Shown: piece after piece, positions 1 to 12,368 of the stretch
How the letters are laid out: every line of letters begins with the position of its first letter
How positions within the stretch are numbered: position 1 is the stretch's first letter
Source: Octopus sinensis
Lineage: Eukaryota
Assembly: GCF_006345805.1 (NCBI RefSeq)
Contig: NC_043010.1
Location: 46,066,001-46,130,000 of the forward strand
Reading direction: 5' to 3'
DNA length: 64,000 bases
Position numbers and translations under genes: made by a program
Notes under the pieces: generated by a model
The model's database searches: none
What the model saw: only the letters and a program-made list of their open reading frames with translations
What the model was told of the DNA's origin: nothing

Positions 1-639
1 GATATTGATTGGGAAGCCAAACTAGAACCAGTTCCTACATTGCCATCCAAATGACAATTACAGAAAAACTCTTTTCCTCAATATGCAACAATGCATGATA
101 CATCCTTTTTTTTTTTTTTTTTTTCCATAAATTTAACTTCTTAGAAATGGCCACTTACTACAAAGGCAGCTACAATGACTATTACATTACAAATTCTTAT
201 TTGGAATGTTTTGTTTAAATTATCAATAATGACGATACTTGTCTACAACATTAACTAAAAAAAAATAGGACTTGATATTGTCTCATTGTTTTTATTCACA
301 TGCACATGTGCACCTGAAAGAATCACATCTAATACTATTATAAGAATGTCATATCTTTGATATATGATATTCTTAATAATTTATTATCTTTATTATATGT
401 ACATAGATATCAATTTCACTGATACTTTTCCAAGAAATGGGTAACTCTGCCACCAGTGATTATTAATAAAAAAGAAAAAATATATATAACAAAAGTAATC
501 TTATTTTAAAAACAAAGACAAAATCAAAATATAAGAAGAAACTGAAAACGAATTTTTCCAAGTATTAAATGTAGCATGTCAAAAGAAATAAAATAAAATG
601 TTATATTTCTCTCAACACACTTCATCCAATATTTGTTAA

Positions 640-1735
640 AAGTTCTTTTCAGTTTCTTGCCGCCTTGATTGGCTTCTGTGCTGGTGGCAAGTAAAAAGCA
701 GGTGAGGAAAGGTATTTCCACTATATGAATTGTCTCTTTGTCTCTGGTTCTATGGCTTAGGAAATATTCAAGGAAACCAACTGGATCTGCCTCAAATATT
801 GTCAGATTTTCCCATGATGTGTTCAACCTGGTCTGTTTTTGCTTAGGTATGAGATGTACCACCCACTGAGCAGCAACCTTCGTGGAGGCGCAATGGCTCA
901 ATGGTTAGGGCAGCAGATTCTATTTATTGAGCGAAAACACCTAAAGTTCCACGAGGCTCTGGCAGGGGGTGGTGGTGACCCCTGTTGTACTTTTTCGCTC
1001 CAACTTTCTCTCACTCTTTCTTCCTGTTTCTTGTCCCCGACTTCTTACACAACCACTGAACCTGGATGCGCATTCATCCATCTGTCGATGTTCTTGGTGT
1101 CAGAGGTTGACCTGCTTTCTCTTCTGCAGGTCTTACAAATAGCAAAGGACCACGTTTCAGACTTCTCCCATCTTGCGAGCTCTGGGACGAAGACCGTTCG
1201 CTCAACAGCAACAGCAGCAACCTTCATCATATCAAGTTCGTTGTGCAGAATATTCTCAACTCTCACACAGCATATGCTAATAACATTAGCTATTTGATTT
1301 ATGGTCAATTACTTGTCATACATCAGCATGTGGTGCACATGATTGATGTCTTCATTGGTGGTGACAGTTGCAAGACATCCAGATCTTAGGTCATCTTCAA
1401 AACTCTCCCTTCCTCTCCTCAATTCAGCTGCCCACTTTTGCACTGATGATAAAGCTGGTACATCATCTCCTAATATAGCAACCATGTCAGCGTGAATGTT
1501 GTTGGGAACCAAATCTTCTTTCTGTAGGCATTTGATAACCTCACAATGCTAAATGTTGTCCATTTCCAAGAGAAATCACAACTAGATACTTTTGAAATCT
1601 TCTTTGAACAGCCAGATGTCAGTGTATGTGGAAAGACTCAATGAAAGAAGATTTGAAGTTAATGCATGCAAGATTTCATAGTTCTAGCATCACTCCTTCA
1701 TAGTCAGCTCATGAACTTTTCAGCCCACTCTCATA
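640..1735 (-). mobile_element. Decayed mariner DNA transposon (5' TIR plus N-terminal half of transposase), split by a SINE
   Basis: TIR-like end at 1701-1735 (minus: TATGAGAGTGGGCTGAAAAGTTCATGAGCTGACTA). ATG at 1563, then HTH region 'NNIHADMVAILGDDVPALSSVQKWAAELRRGRESFEDDLRSG'. Removing the SINE joins 'NELDMMKVAA' to 'QWVVHLIPKQKQTRLNTSWENL' (WVPHxL motif). A shifted frame gives 'EPETKRQFI*WK'. Stops and frameshifts present. Left boundary approximate. Confidence 0.88.
882..1212 (+). mobile_element. tRNA-headed SINE (family C head, atypical 3' half) with 13-bp TSD
   Basis: Head GTGGAGGCGCAATGGCTCAATGGTTAGGGCAGC; body matches 31989-32190. TSD AGCAGCAACCTTC at 869-881 and 1213-1225. (CAA/CAG) tail. 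Confidence 0.88.
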
Positions 1736-1982
1736 GATAGCTTTGAGAATTTAATGAAAAGAAAATGGAAGAAAGAAGTTGATGCTTTAAAATCTGCAGA
1801 GAATTTATTCATTGATAAAAGGGTTTATGTTAGATGCAACGGTCTGACTAAAAACAACAAGGAAAGAAAGGAACGTTCTTTTCATAGAGTGATGTTTAGA
1901 CAGAGAATAACAGTTAAGTTCAGTTCATAATGTGAGTATATATATCTGTGTTGCTCCACAAAGAAATTAAAAGAGAGGATGA

Positions 1983-2033
1983 GAGAGAGAGGTGGGGAAT
2001 TGCAAGAGAGAGACAGAAAGATAGTAAGAGAAA

Positions 2034-2066
<33 letters not shown>

Positions 2067-2118
2067 GTGGGGAATTGCAAGAGAGAGACAGAAAGATAGT
2101 AAGAGAAAGTGTGTGTGT
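1983..2118. repeat. Tandem duplication (~76-bp unit) between (GA)n/(GT)n microsatellites
   Basis: GGTGGGGAATTGCAAGAGAGAGACAGAAAGATAGTAAGAGAAAGTGTGTG occurs twice in tandem. Confidence 0.9.
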
Positions 2119-2630
2119 GCATGCCCATGCGTGTGTATGCATATGTGCCCATGTGTGTGTGTGCATGCTAGTGTATAAATGTGTACTCGGTTTGCTTACT
2201 AAGGCAATGAGAGTGATTAAAGTTTTAATGTCATCCACTTTAATTTTTAGTATTTTTAAGTTAGTAATTTAGCAAAGTTAGTGTATGCTGCAGAACTTCA
2301 TTTTTTATCAATCTTTCTATCAAAACAAACAGCTGATAGGCAAATAGCCACGGGTATGAATGCTAGCCTGTATTTGTTTCTGTCTTTCTTTTTGGCACCT
2401 TGACGAGGAAGCTTATATTATGTATGACTGATTTGCAATCAGGAACTTTAATTGGTCAGTTTATTACTGATGTCATCAGTGTTCTTGATGAGTATTTCAA
2501 AAGCTTTAGTGGTTATGTTTTGACTGATGTCATCAAGCTTTTTAATGGTGCTCAGTTGTTTATCACAAATTTCTTGATTAGAAACAACAAATCAATTTGG
2601 GCAGAAATCTGCTACATGTGTGTATGCATA

Positions 2631-2706
<76 letters not shown>

Positions 2707-2780
2707 TGTGTGTGTATTTCACAACATTGCATGAAACATGGAATAAAAATATCATCTGTTTATGGAAAAAATTGGAATGT

Positions 2781-2816
<36 letters not shown>

Positions 2817-2837
2817 ACATTCCAGTATATATGTATA

Positions 2838-3070
2838 TGGAGATGCTTGGCTTAGTGGTTAGGGTGTTACACTCATGATTGTAAGAATCATAATGTTCCT
2901 AGGACCAGATAATGTGCTGTATTCTTGTGCAAAACACTTCATTACATATTGTTCCAGTCAACTGAGCTGGCAAAAATGAATAATCCTGTGACAGACCAGC
3001 ATCTCATCTAGGGAGGAATTTGAGAAACCAGGTTCATGAGCCTACAGCTCAGGAAGGACCCTCAATTCTC
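2838..3070 (+). mobile_element. Degenerate tRNA-headed SINE (family D head, family C-like 3' module)
   Basis: GGCTTAGTGGTTAGGG head and TTCTTGTGCAAAACACTTCATTACATATTGTTCCAGTCAACTGAGCTGGCAAAAATGA body, as in 9950-10265. The 3' part resembles 32195-32290. Confidence 0.7.
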
Positions 3071-3075
3071 TTGAT

Positions 3076-3133
<58 letters not shown>

Positions 3134-4369
3134 ACACACACACTCACCACTGATGGAACCTTAAATAATGAAATCCTATGCATAATGCAGACTCTACCAA
3201 ACAGTTGGCACCCTAATAGAAAAGCAGAGTAGGACATATAATAATACATGATACAATAGATATAACATTTACTGAAAAGGCACCAGCCATACTTATCATT
3301 ACTATAAGAATCAGGTGCTCTTTGCTTATAAAACTGATTAATACACAATGAGAAAATATTTGGTTGTGTGCAGTTCATATAAAAAAATTATTAATGATTA
3401 ATAGAAAAAGAAATTGCTGTTATTGTGATGATGACAGAAAGGCAATATTTACATCTAGTGAATTAGTTTGAGTGTGTCTGTGCAAATGATTGTGTCACCA
3501 GTCATAGTGGATTTTGCCAGAGGAAATGAGATGTAAAGAGCTGGAAGAAACGGTAGTAGTTATTGAATTCCAAGTGAGGGGCATAAGTTCTTGCAGCAAT
3601 TGACTTTAGTTGTATTATGAGCACTGGTCAAATAAACCCTCTATATATAACCCATGATATGTCAAAGAAAAGCACCAAAGGCAAACTTGTTAATGACATT
3701 CCAGTATGTTGTTTATCCCAGAATAGTTAAGCTGTTTACATCTGGGTTTCTAATGAGTTAAGCATTTGCTGAATGTATTGTGTTTCAATGGTCAACCCAG
3801 TTCCTGATACAAACAGATTCTTAACATGTTTACCAGGGACCTGACATGATTGGTTGCCTACTGACATCATCAATCCTTGACAAAATCCTATTTTGGTATT
3901 TATAATTATTTTCTCATCTGAACACAGTGATTTCAGGTTCAATGTCTTATCAGTAAGTTGGTGTTTGGGATTCAGTCAACATTCTTGATGTAAATATATC
4001 TTTTAAAAAACTTACAAAACAGAACACAGCCTGTAGCACATGTAACAAGCTCATAGTTAAAATACTCCAGAATGCTAAAAAAAATCTCCTTTCAACACAA
4101 ACTTACAATCTAGCAAACCAGATGATGTATGTCAGCCAACCAAAGAAATATACAAATTGTAATGTAAACATAAAAGTTGTAAACTTCAGGATTCAGGCTG
4201 TTTCAATAGACACTCATGCTTAATCATTGGTAGCAGATCCATTTATACCATGGAGCTGCTGCAACTCACTGTAATACAGTATAAAAATTAAAATTGACAT
4301 CACTGCATTTTGTATAGAATTTCATTAGAAAATGAGAATAACTATGGAGATTTTACAAATATAAATTGA

Positions 4370-4645
4370 AATCCTGACCAAGAGGAGTAAATGAGGCTGA
4401 CAGAGACACACCCTACATAAATTTGTTTCCAGTATTCAAGTCAAGTTCTTTAATCGACGCTCCAAGGGATACATAAACATAGCGAACGCAAAACGACATG
4501 GAGAAAATCCACAGAAACTGAGGCAGAGACAAGCACCTACACCAGGAATCAACTGCAATTCAATTCAATGCCAGATATCATGACTTGTGCAGATCTCTTG
4601 TCAGTACCCTATGTTCTACATGGATTTGAAGAATTAAGAAGACTT
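4370..4645 (+). mobile_element. RTE-like LINE 3' end fragment (decayed)
   Basis: Frameshifted translation resembles the RTE ORF C-terminus, ending 'CRSLVSTLCSTW'. Confidence 0.45.
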
Positions 4646-4772
4646 CACATTTAAAAATGTGTCATGAATTCATGAAATCTACCAAATTGTACCATTAACA
4701 TTATGAAATTATTTATCATTATGAAAATATTTCCTTTGTGTTTCACTACGGAACACTCAAACTATATGCCAA

Positions 4773-4921
4773 TCATCATCCTTATCATCATTTAACATCC
4801 ATTTACCATGCTGGCATGAGTTAGATGGTTTTACTGAAGTTGATAAGCTGGAGGCTGCATCAAGCTCCAGTCATCTGTTTTTGTTTGGTTTCTGCAGCTG
4901 GATGCTTTTCCTAATGCCAAC
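4773..4921 (-). mobile_element. RTE-type LINE 3' tail repeat (family E)
   Basis: CATCATTTAACATCCATTTACCATGCTGGCATGAGTTAGATGG...GCTGGATGCTTTTCCTAATGCCAAC matches the reverse complement of 21870-22088. Confidence 0.75.
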
Positions 4922-5120
4922 TAATACAATAGTTTAATTTGAAAGTGAGATTGTGAGATGTCTTGAAATGTTAGTTGAATAGATTCAAGACAGTCAGTGT
5001 TTCCAAACCAAATATATAAGAAAAAAACTGTTAAGGAAATATGAAAAATCCTTAATCAAAAAAAAAACACAAGCTTGAAAATTCTCATGATTTTAATATA
5101 AATTTGAAAAAAAGTTTCTT

Positions 5121-5162
<42 letters not shown>

Positions 5163-5502
5163 GCACATATTATATCCTGTGTATACAGTTAGATGTATGA
5201 CTACTACTGGTGAATTTAGAACTCCACATAAAGTATCATATTCCGGTTTTCTTCCAGTAAAGTGGTGTGATTACTTCACTACTAAGTGGTATTACCAGTT
5301 GTGATTATACAGAGCAAATGTAGGTAGAAATATGATAAACACAAGACATAGTCTATACCATTTGTTCCCTATGTATGTTTCCCAATTGTGGATATTTGCA
5401 TCTTCTGGAGTGGCTATTCAAAGTACATTTGGTTGCAGATTCACAACGGTTTTTCAGAGGAACATTATATTACATTAATTTACGTATATATATATATATA
5501 TA

Positions 5503-5837
5503 TTACTTGTTCCAGCCGTTAGATTAGGACCATACTGAAGCACTGCCTTCAAGAAGTTTTAGCTGAATGAATTGATCCCACCTTTTATTATTTTTAAGCC
5601 TGGTACTTAATTTATTGGTCACTTTTGTCAAGCACCAGTGGGGGGACAAACAGACACACAGACACACACACATACAATTGGCTTCTGCACAGCTACACTC
5701 ATCATATTCCACTCGCAAAGTACTGATGAACCAAAGTTTATGGTTGAATATATTTACATGTCCAAGATGCTATGCAATGAGATGAAAAATGGACCACATG
5801 GTAACAAGTAATATTCTTCACCACATGACTGTGCCTT
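5503..5837 (-). mobile_element. Degenerate family A SINE
   Basis: Colinear with 6944-7357 (AAGCCTGGTACTTA, GGGGACAAACA, CCAAGATGCTATGCAATG). Confidence 0.7.
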
Positions 5838-5888
5838 TGGCCATACATTAACTTATTGTCATATATTAGGTTTTGACCACTTTTCACA

Positions 5889-6116
5889 TTAACCCTTTTC
5901 ATACCAACCTACCCAAAACTGCATGTTTTTATGATACAAACTTTCTATTTGAAGTGATCTACATTAAAATTTCCTATTAAAATTCCATGTTAATTTATAT
6001 TCCATTTACCAGCTTAGTAATGACCAAGATATTTTAGGAAATTCTTTATCATTTTCAAAATTAATTGAAATAAGGAGGGAATAGTATAACAGAAATATGG
6101 TAACGAAAAGGTTTAA
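5889..6116 (-). mobile_element. piggyBac-like MITE, family P1
   Basis: TTAA-CCCTTT...AAAAGGT-TTAA ends; reverse-complement similarity to 57843-58069. Confidence 0.75.
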
Positions 6117-6704
6117 TGGAAGATGTGATAAAAAATAAAGAATCATAAAAGCTTCTTTATATAGTAGTTTACACAGTAACGATTTGTTTATCCATATGTG
6201 TTAACTGTGAGGCCTCAGCTATCATCTCCATTTTATGACAACAGGCAAAGCTGGGTTTTTTTTTTAAATAGCCATGTGCTCCTAAACTTTCTTCTGGAAG
6301 ATACAGCTATCATTAACTTTAGCATGAGTGCAGCCAATAATCTCTCTCTCTCCCTCTCTTCCTGATTTCCTCTCTCTCTCTCCCTCCTCCACCACCTCTC
6401 TCTCTCACTCTCTTTCTCTCTTGATCTCTCCTATCAGCTAAAAACACAAATAAACTAGGTGTAGTTATCTTCTAAAAATCTAGTCTGCTGCCATTTAAAA
6501 TTCATAAAGTTGCATTTTGCCTCACTTTTAATCTTTATTTCCTTTCATCTGCTCACATACACACATATGTGTGTATATGTACATACACACACACACACAC
6601 ACATAGTAAATAAAAAAAATGAACAAACACAAAAAAGAAACGACAATGCAAGGACATAGTACATGTAAAGTATTAGCAGACACTCAGGGAAGGAAAGAAA
6701 AATG

Positions 6705-6739
6705 GTTTAACGTTTTGAGCAAAGCTCTTCTTCAGAAAC
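6705..6739 (-). ncRNA. Minimal hammerhead ribozyme-like motif (mutated) in a PLE-type terminal repeat fragment
   Basis: Minus strand: GTTT CTGAAGA A GAGC TTT GCTC AAAA CG TT AAAC. Stem I GTTT/AAAC, stem II GAGC/GCTC, palindromic AACGTT. Core GAAA is mutated to AAAA. Confidence 0.6.
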
Positions 6740-6943
6740 AGAGGAAAGTCCAATAGAAAAGGAAGATGTAGGGGGGAAAAAAACAGCACCAACGATTCAC
6801 ATGTGGTTACATTTTGAAATGACTGGAAGCGAATGGGTGAAGAAAAAGTTCTTTCTAAGACAGGAGAGTGTAAGAGAAGGAGGTATATGTGTGCATGTGT
6901 GGGTATGTGCATGCACACAAATCTCTGTGTGTGTATACATACT

Positions 6944-7159
6944 CTCTTTACTCTTTTACTCTTTTACTTGTTTCAGTCATTTGACTGCGGCCATGCTGGA
7001 GCACCGCCTTTAGTCGAGCAAATCGACCCCGGGACTTATTCTTTGTAAGCCCAGTACTTATTCTATCGGTCTCTTTTGCCGAACCGCTAAGTGACGGGGA
7101 TGTAAACACACCAGCATCGGTTGTCGAGCAATGTTAGGGGGACAAACACAGACACACAA

Positions 7160-7190
<31 letters not shown>

Positions 7191-7357
7191 CATATATACG
7201 ACAGGCTTCTTTCAGTTTCCGTCTACCAAATCCACTCACAAGGCATTGGTCGGCCCGGGGCTATAGCAGAAGACACTTGCCCAAGATGCCACGCAGTGGG
7301 ACTGAACCCAGAACCATGTGGTTGGTTAGCAAGCTACTTACCACACAGCCCCTCCTG
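6944..7357 (-). mobile_element. Family A SINE (~400 bp; tRNA-like head, CORE-like block, internal (TA)/(TG) microsatellite, GAGTAAAA tail)
   Basis: High similarity to 26579-27057 and 34638-35055. A-box-like GGCTGTGTGG, B-box-like GGTTCAGTCCC, CTTGGGCAAGTGTCTTC block. Confidence 0.92.
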
Positions 7358-7775
7358 TATGTGTTGTGTGTGTGGTGCTTGTGTGGTGTTGGCTGTTTAT
7401 ATGTGTATATTCGAGTGAACTTTGTGTCCCTTAATGGTGTAGGAACAATTCAGCAGGATGGTAACAGGAATGGTGGTCCTTTGTGTAGTTGTGTGTCTCT
7501 TCACATGTGCGTTTAGGAATGGTCAGCAGAAAGGTGTTTGACTGGCAATTTGAAGTATGTGTGTGCATGTGTATATGTGTGTGTATACACACACGCACAT
7601 ATACAAATACATGCATACCTGCATACATACATACATATATACAGGTTTGTTTATACATATATATATATATATATATAAATACATATATATGTATGCTTAT
7701 ACACATACACACACATGTATATGTCTACCTACGTATCTACCTACCTACCTACCTATCTATCTATCTATCTATCTA

Positions 7776-7829
<54 letters not shown>

Positions 7830-7977
7830 CAAACATACATACACTAACACACATATCATTAGTGGTACAAACACAAGAAATAGAATTCAATAAGCAAAAT
7901 TTGAGCATATATACATTTTTTTTATTTAGGTGTGAAATTACATAAGTTATATCTTTACAATTAGAGTGACTATATAT

Positions 7978-8176
7978 ATATATAAATTTATATAAATAAG
8001 AATAAGATCAATATTTCAATACCAATCTTATCAGGTAGCCAGCATGGGAATAAAAACCTTCAAAGGTAATAATTATTATTAAAATTACCTTTGAAGGTTT
8101 TTATTCCCATGCTGGCCACCTTATAAGATTGGTATTTAAATATCGATCTTATCCTTATTTATATAAATTTATATAT
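7978..8176. repeat. Long near-perfect inverted repeat (93-bp arms, 13-nt spacer)
   Basis: 7978-8070 is the reverse complement of 8084-8176 with 5 mismatches by manual alignment. Confidence 0.95.
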
Positions 8177-8375
8177 TCATTTTATCATTATATTCACTGC
8201 GGTGGTATTTTGACCATATCGCACGAGGAGTTTTAGACAGGCAATTTAAACTGGTCGTGTGCATATGTGCATATATATGTATGTATACGTTCATATATGT
8301 AAGTATATATGTAAGTATATCATATGTTGTATATATACATATATATATATTTGTATTTATGTGCTATCTGAGTAT

Positions 8376-8434
8376 ATTCCACTGGTGAAGGCAGAGCATT
8401 TCTTATTCAGAGTCAGAAATCCGAGATCTGGAAT
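8376..8434 (+). ncRNA. Type I hammerhead ribozyme-like motif (decayed)
   Basis: ATTCCA CTGGTGA ...27 nt... GAAA TC CGA GA TC TGGAAT. 6-bp stem I, short stem III, AUC triplet. Core CUGAUGA is mutated to CUGGUGA and stem II is weak. Confidence 0.6.
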
Positions 8435-8570
8435 TATCCAGTAATTTTTTTGCTAGTTTATTTTGTCGCATTGTCTTCTCTCCTGGTGCTGTATGAAAAT
8501 TTAATGTGGTTTTAGAGTCAAGTTTTGACTGCTATTTCCAGCATGGTGGTATCTCTTAGATACCCTAAAT

Positions 8571-8608
<38 letters not shown>

Positions 8609-8699
8609 TGAGAAAGTTACGTGTGTTTGTGTGGTCATGTTATTAAAGCTTATAAATAAACACACCCATTAGTTGTTTGTCTCTATATTTTTTTCTCTC

Positions 8700-9130
8700 T
8701 TTTCCTCCAAAATTTTGGGTACACCAATTTTGTGGCCTTCTCAATGGCCGTGGACTTTCAATTGAATTTGGTTTTTTCAGTTGATTTTTCTGTGTTATGT
8801 TACATATATATGGTAAGTATGTCAGCTAAATGGTATTCTTGTTGTTTGTTTCTATATTTTATTTTGTTATTGTATGTGTTTGAGTGCGTATGTGTGTGTG
8901 GTGGTGGCTGGGATTAGTTGACTTTAGTCCTTTTGTATTCTTATTCTTCAATTTCTGTGTAGTGAGTCATGATCAAGAGGAGTGGGTCCTTGTAATGCTA
9001 TTCATTCTTGATTTTGAGCTTGTATGAGGTCTGCTTCCTGTAGACTCTATTGCTTCCTTTAATGTTGTGTCTTTTAAGTGTCTGGAAAGAATTTTACTTC
9101 GACAATTTTTATTAATCCAAAGTACAAAAT
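8700..9130 (-). mobile_element. Possible Penelope-like GIY-YIG C-terminal remnant
   Basis: 'WINKNCRSKILSRHLKDTTLKEAIES' resembles the 'KIL...KEAI' end of the PLE endonuclease. Heavily decayed. Confidence 0.3.
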
Positions 9131-9949
9131 GTAGAACATCACATGATAGATTCAGTTTACCACATGCATACAAAGGAATGTTAAGACACCACCACAATGT
9201 ATATAGCAGAAACAACCTGTAGCGTAGGTGAAAGGATTGCAGAGCACTGGCAAAAATACAATAAAAAGAAGCAAACATCCATATTATATCTATGCACTGT
9301 ACTGAAACACAATGAATGTTGATGCATAGACTGGGTACATTTTAAAATGCCACCAGTAATAGGGAGGTTGTCAGTCAGAACTGAAGTATCCCTTCTACAT
9401 TGAATCAGTTTTTATTTTGTTATTGCTCACCTAATTGTGGTGTCTTCATTTCTCTTGTCCTGAATTACATCAGGAGTTACAATTCTCCAAGTCAGGTTGC
9501 TTTCACGATGACTCATATTTTTCCATAATGTTGTTCAGGATGTTCATGGTATTGAGGTGAGAAGTATGGATGGTGGCTCATAGTACACTGGTGGAAGAAT
9601 TCTTTGAAGTGGAGAGAGGCTTACAAAACACAGGCAGTTTAAGATAATTGTATTTATGGTGGTTTTTCATTCATGTGAAATGAGAGGGGTGGTTGCCTTC
9701 ACCCCATACAACTGGTCAGACATGTTTGCTCAAGGGGGTTTATAAAAGGTAAACTGTTTAAAGAATACTATTATTTAAAGTTTCTAAAATTTGCAAGAAG
9801 TCTGTGATTTTAGTGATAAATGATATTAGTTTCTAACTTAGGCACAAGACCAACAATTTTGAGGGAAGCGAATTAGTCAATACCTTAAACCTCAGTACTT
9901 GATGGGTATTATATTTTATTGAGCCTGTAGGGATGAAAGGCAAAGTTGA

Positions 9950-10265
9950 ACTCCATCAGTTACAACGACGAGGGTCCCAGCTGATACAATTAACAAAACA
10001 GCTTGTTCATGAAATTAACGTGCAAAGGGCTGAGCACTTCACAGACATGTGTATCTCTAACGTAGTTCTCGGAGAGATTCAGCATGACACAGAGTGTGAC
10101 AAGGCTGGCCCTTTGAAATACAGGTATTACTCATTTTGCCAGCTGAGTGGACTGGAGCAATGTGAAATAAAGTGTTTTGCTCAAGGACATGTATCACCAG
10201 GAATTGAACTCACGACCTTACAATCGTGAGCCGAATGCCCTAACCACTAAGCTACGTGCCTTCAC
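9950..10265 (-). mobile_element. Family D SINE (tRNA head), abutting a family B 3' fragment (9830-9950)
   Basis: Minus head GTGAAGGCACGTAGCTTAGTGGTTAGGGCATTCGGCTCACGATTGTAAGGTCGTGAGTTCAATTCCTGG with A/B boxes; matches 38405-38965 and 42590-42907. Confidence 0.88.
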
Positions 10266-10557
10266 TTCACAACATATAAAACTGAAAGAAATACCATATT
10301 TTCTCAATGCTGCTAATAAATCTGCCAAACTAGACTTCTTAAATAAATAGTAATGATTTGATAATGTGTTTGTTTTAACTTCACTCTGAATCTGAGAATT
10401 CAATGAAACCTTTTACTCTGCCTTCCTGCTGAGGAAGGCACTTGAAGCCCATATGGGTATTCACTTGGTACAGGAGAGAATGAACATGAAAATATATTAT
10501 GTCTCCCCACTCCACCACACATGCAGCTATATTCATCAATGAATATGTAAGTATAGT

Positions 10558-10627
<70 letters not shown>

Positions 10628-11472
10628 GAAAGGATGGGCTTTCAGGGACTTAGAAGAAACTTTTTAGAAATCAATAGAAGTAGTTGGTGATTTTAGCAAT
10701 GAATAAAAATAATAATGATAAACACATAAAAAACTATAAATATCTATTTATGTATTTATCTCCAAAAGGCACAGCATCACATATCAACTTCTCAATTTAA
10801 GTACCAGCTAGCTCAGTACACACTTCAGTACACAATGTAGGACATGTATCTCCTTCCTAAGTCTTATGCTTAATGAACTTAACATTGTCAAAACTGCTTG
10901 ACAGAAATTTGGCTTTCTTCTACAAGCCAAAAAATATATAACCTATGAGCAGCAGTTGACCTTTCACAGAACCCAAATATGGAGTACTAACAAATAATCA
11001 TCAACCAGCACACCAAAAAAAAAAAAAATTAATATACACACGAGAAATAAATGTATGCTCAGAGGATTAGTTGCTTAAAATAATGTTGTAATTAGCAATA
11101 ATACTTATTAATACATACATAATTTACTATTTCTTGCAGGTAGGGAGAATGTGTAGAAATCATATTAATTAGATGAAAAGCTTTCATCTGAAAGATGAGT
11201 TTGATATCAACGATTAAAGGAAGCACACCATTATCATACAATTATAGTAAATAGACATTAAACTAATGGTGATGATGAATACTTATTAGAATGTCCAGAG
11301 ATTCAGACAATACCATATGAAAGATACTGAAAAATAGAGAGGTAGAAATACAATGGCTGTTCTATACCTACATACATTCATACATATAAACATACAAACA
11401 TACATGTACATATAAATATATGTATATACATACAAACATACATGTACATATAAATATATGTATATACATACA

Positions 11473-11511
<39 letters not shown>

Positions 11512-11526
11512 TAGAAAAAAATACCT

Positions 11527-11965
11527 TTTTTCAGTTTCTGTCTACCATATCCATTCACAAGGCTTTGGTTAATTTGGGGCTATAGCGGAAGACATCTACC
11601 CATGCACTGGAACTGAACCTAAAACCACAAGATCGAGGAAGCAAGGTTTTCAACCACACAGCCATAAATATGCACATGTATGCATTTATACACATAGTGC
11701 TTAGGCATATTGCATTCACAAACATGAGATTGTGGCTTCAGTTTGCAAACCGACTGTCCATTGTGTTCTTGAGCAAAACATTTCATTTCACATTGCTGCA
11801 GTCCACTGAGCTGTAACCAACAAGCCTAACAATCTAACAATCCAAAAGAACGTTGGCCTGCTCACCTAACCAGCAGAGTGGCATCAGTGAAAAGCTAAAA
11901 CAATCCAAAGCACATTATGATCAGTGATGGATAACAACATCCAATAGTCAGGTTGATCATATGAT
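11527..11965. mobile_element. Family A 5' fragment (-, 11527-11665) and family D-type SINE with alternative 3' module (+, ~11700-11965)
   Basis: Similarity to other copies in the window. The 3' module matches the reverse complement of 42030-42146. Confidence 0.7.
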
Positions 11966-12000
11966 ACTCTCTCTCTCTCTCTCTCTCTCTCGCTCTTTCC

Positions 12001-12123
12001 CACACACACACACACACACAGGCATGCACTCACACATGCATGTATGCACACACACAATAGGCATATATGTATCTATCTATCTATAAATAGATAGATAAAT
12101 AGATAGGTAGATCAATTTATCTA

Positions 12124-12191
<68 letters not shown>

Positions 12192-12292
12192 CATGCACTC
12201 ACACATGCATGTATGCACACACACAATAGGCATATATGTATCTATCTATCTATAAATAGATAGATAAATAGATAGGTAGATCAATTTATCTA

Positions 12293-12366
<74 letters not shown>
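12001..12366. repeat. Recent tandem duplication, period 169 bp, bounded by (CA)n
   Basis: AGGCATGCACTCACACATGC...GATCAATTTATCTATCTCTC starts at 12020 and 12189; identical apart from microsatellite lengths. Confidence 0.95.

Positions 12367-12368
<2 letters not shown>

Noticed and set aside
839-1297. 152-aa + strand ORF
   Set aside because: Chance frame across a SINE and antisense mariner sequence.
2400-2620. Non-repetitive open frames on both strands
   Set aside because: No recognisable domain and no convincing splice sites.
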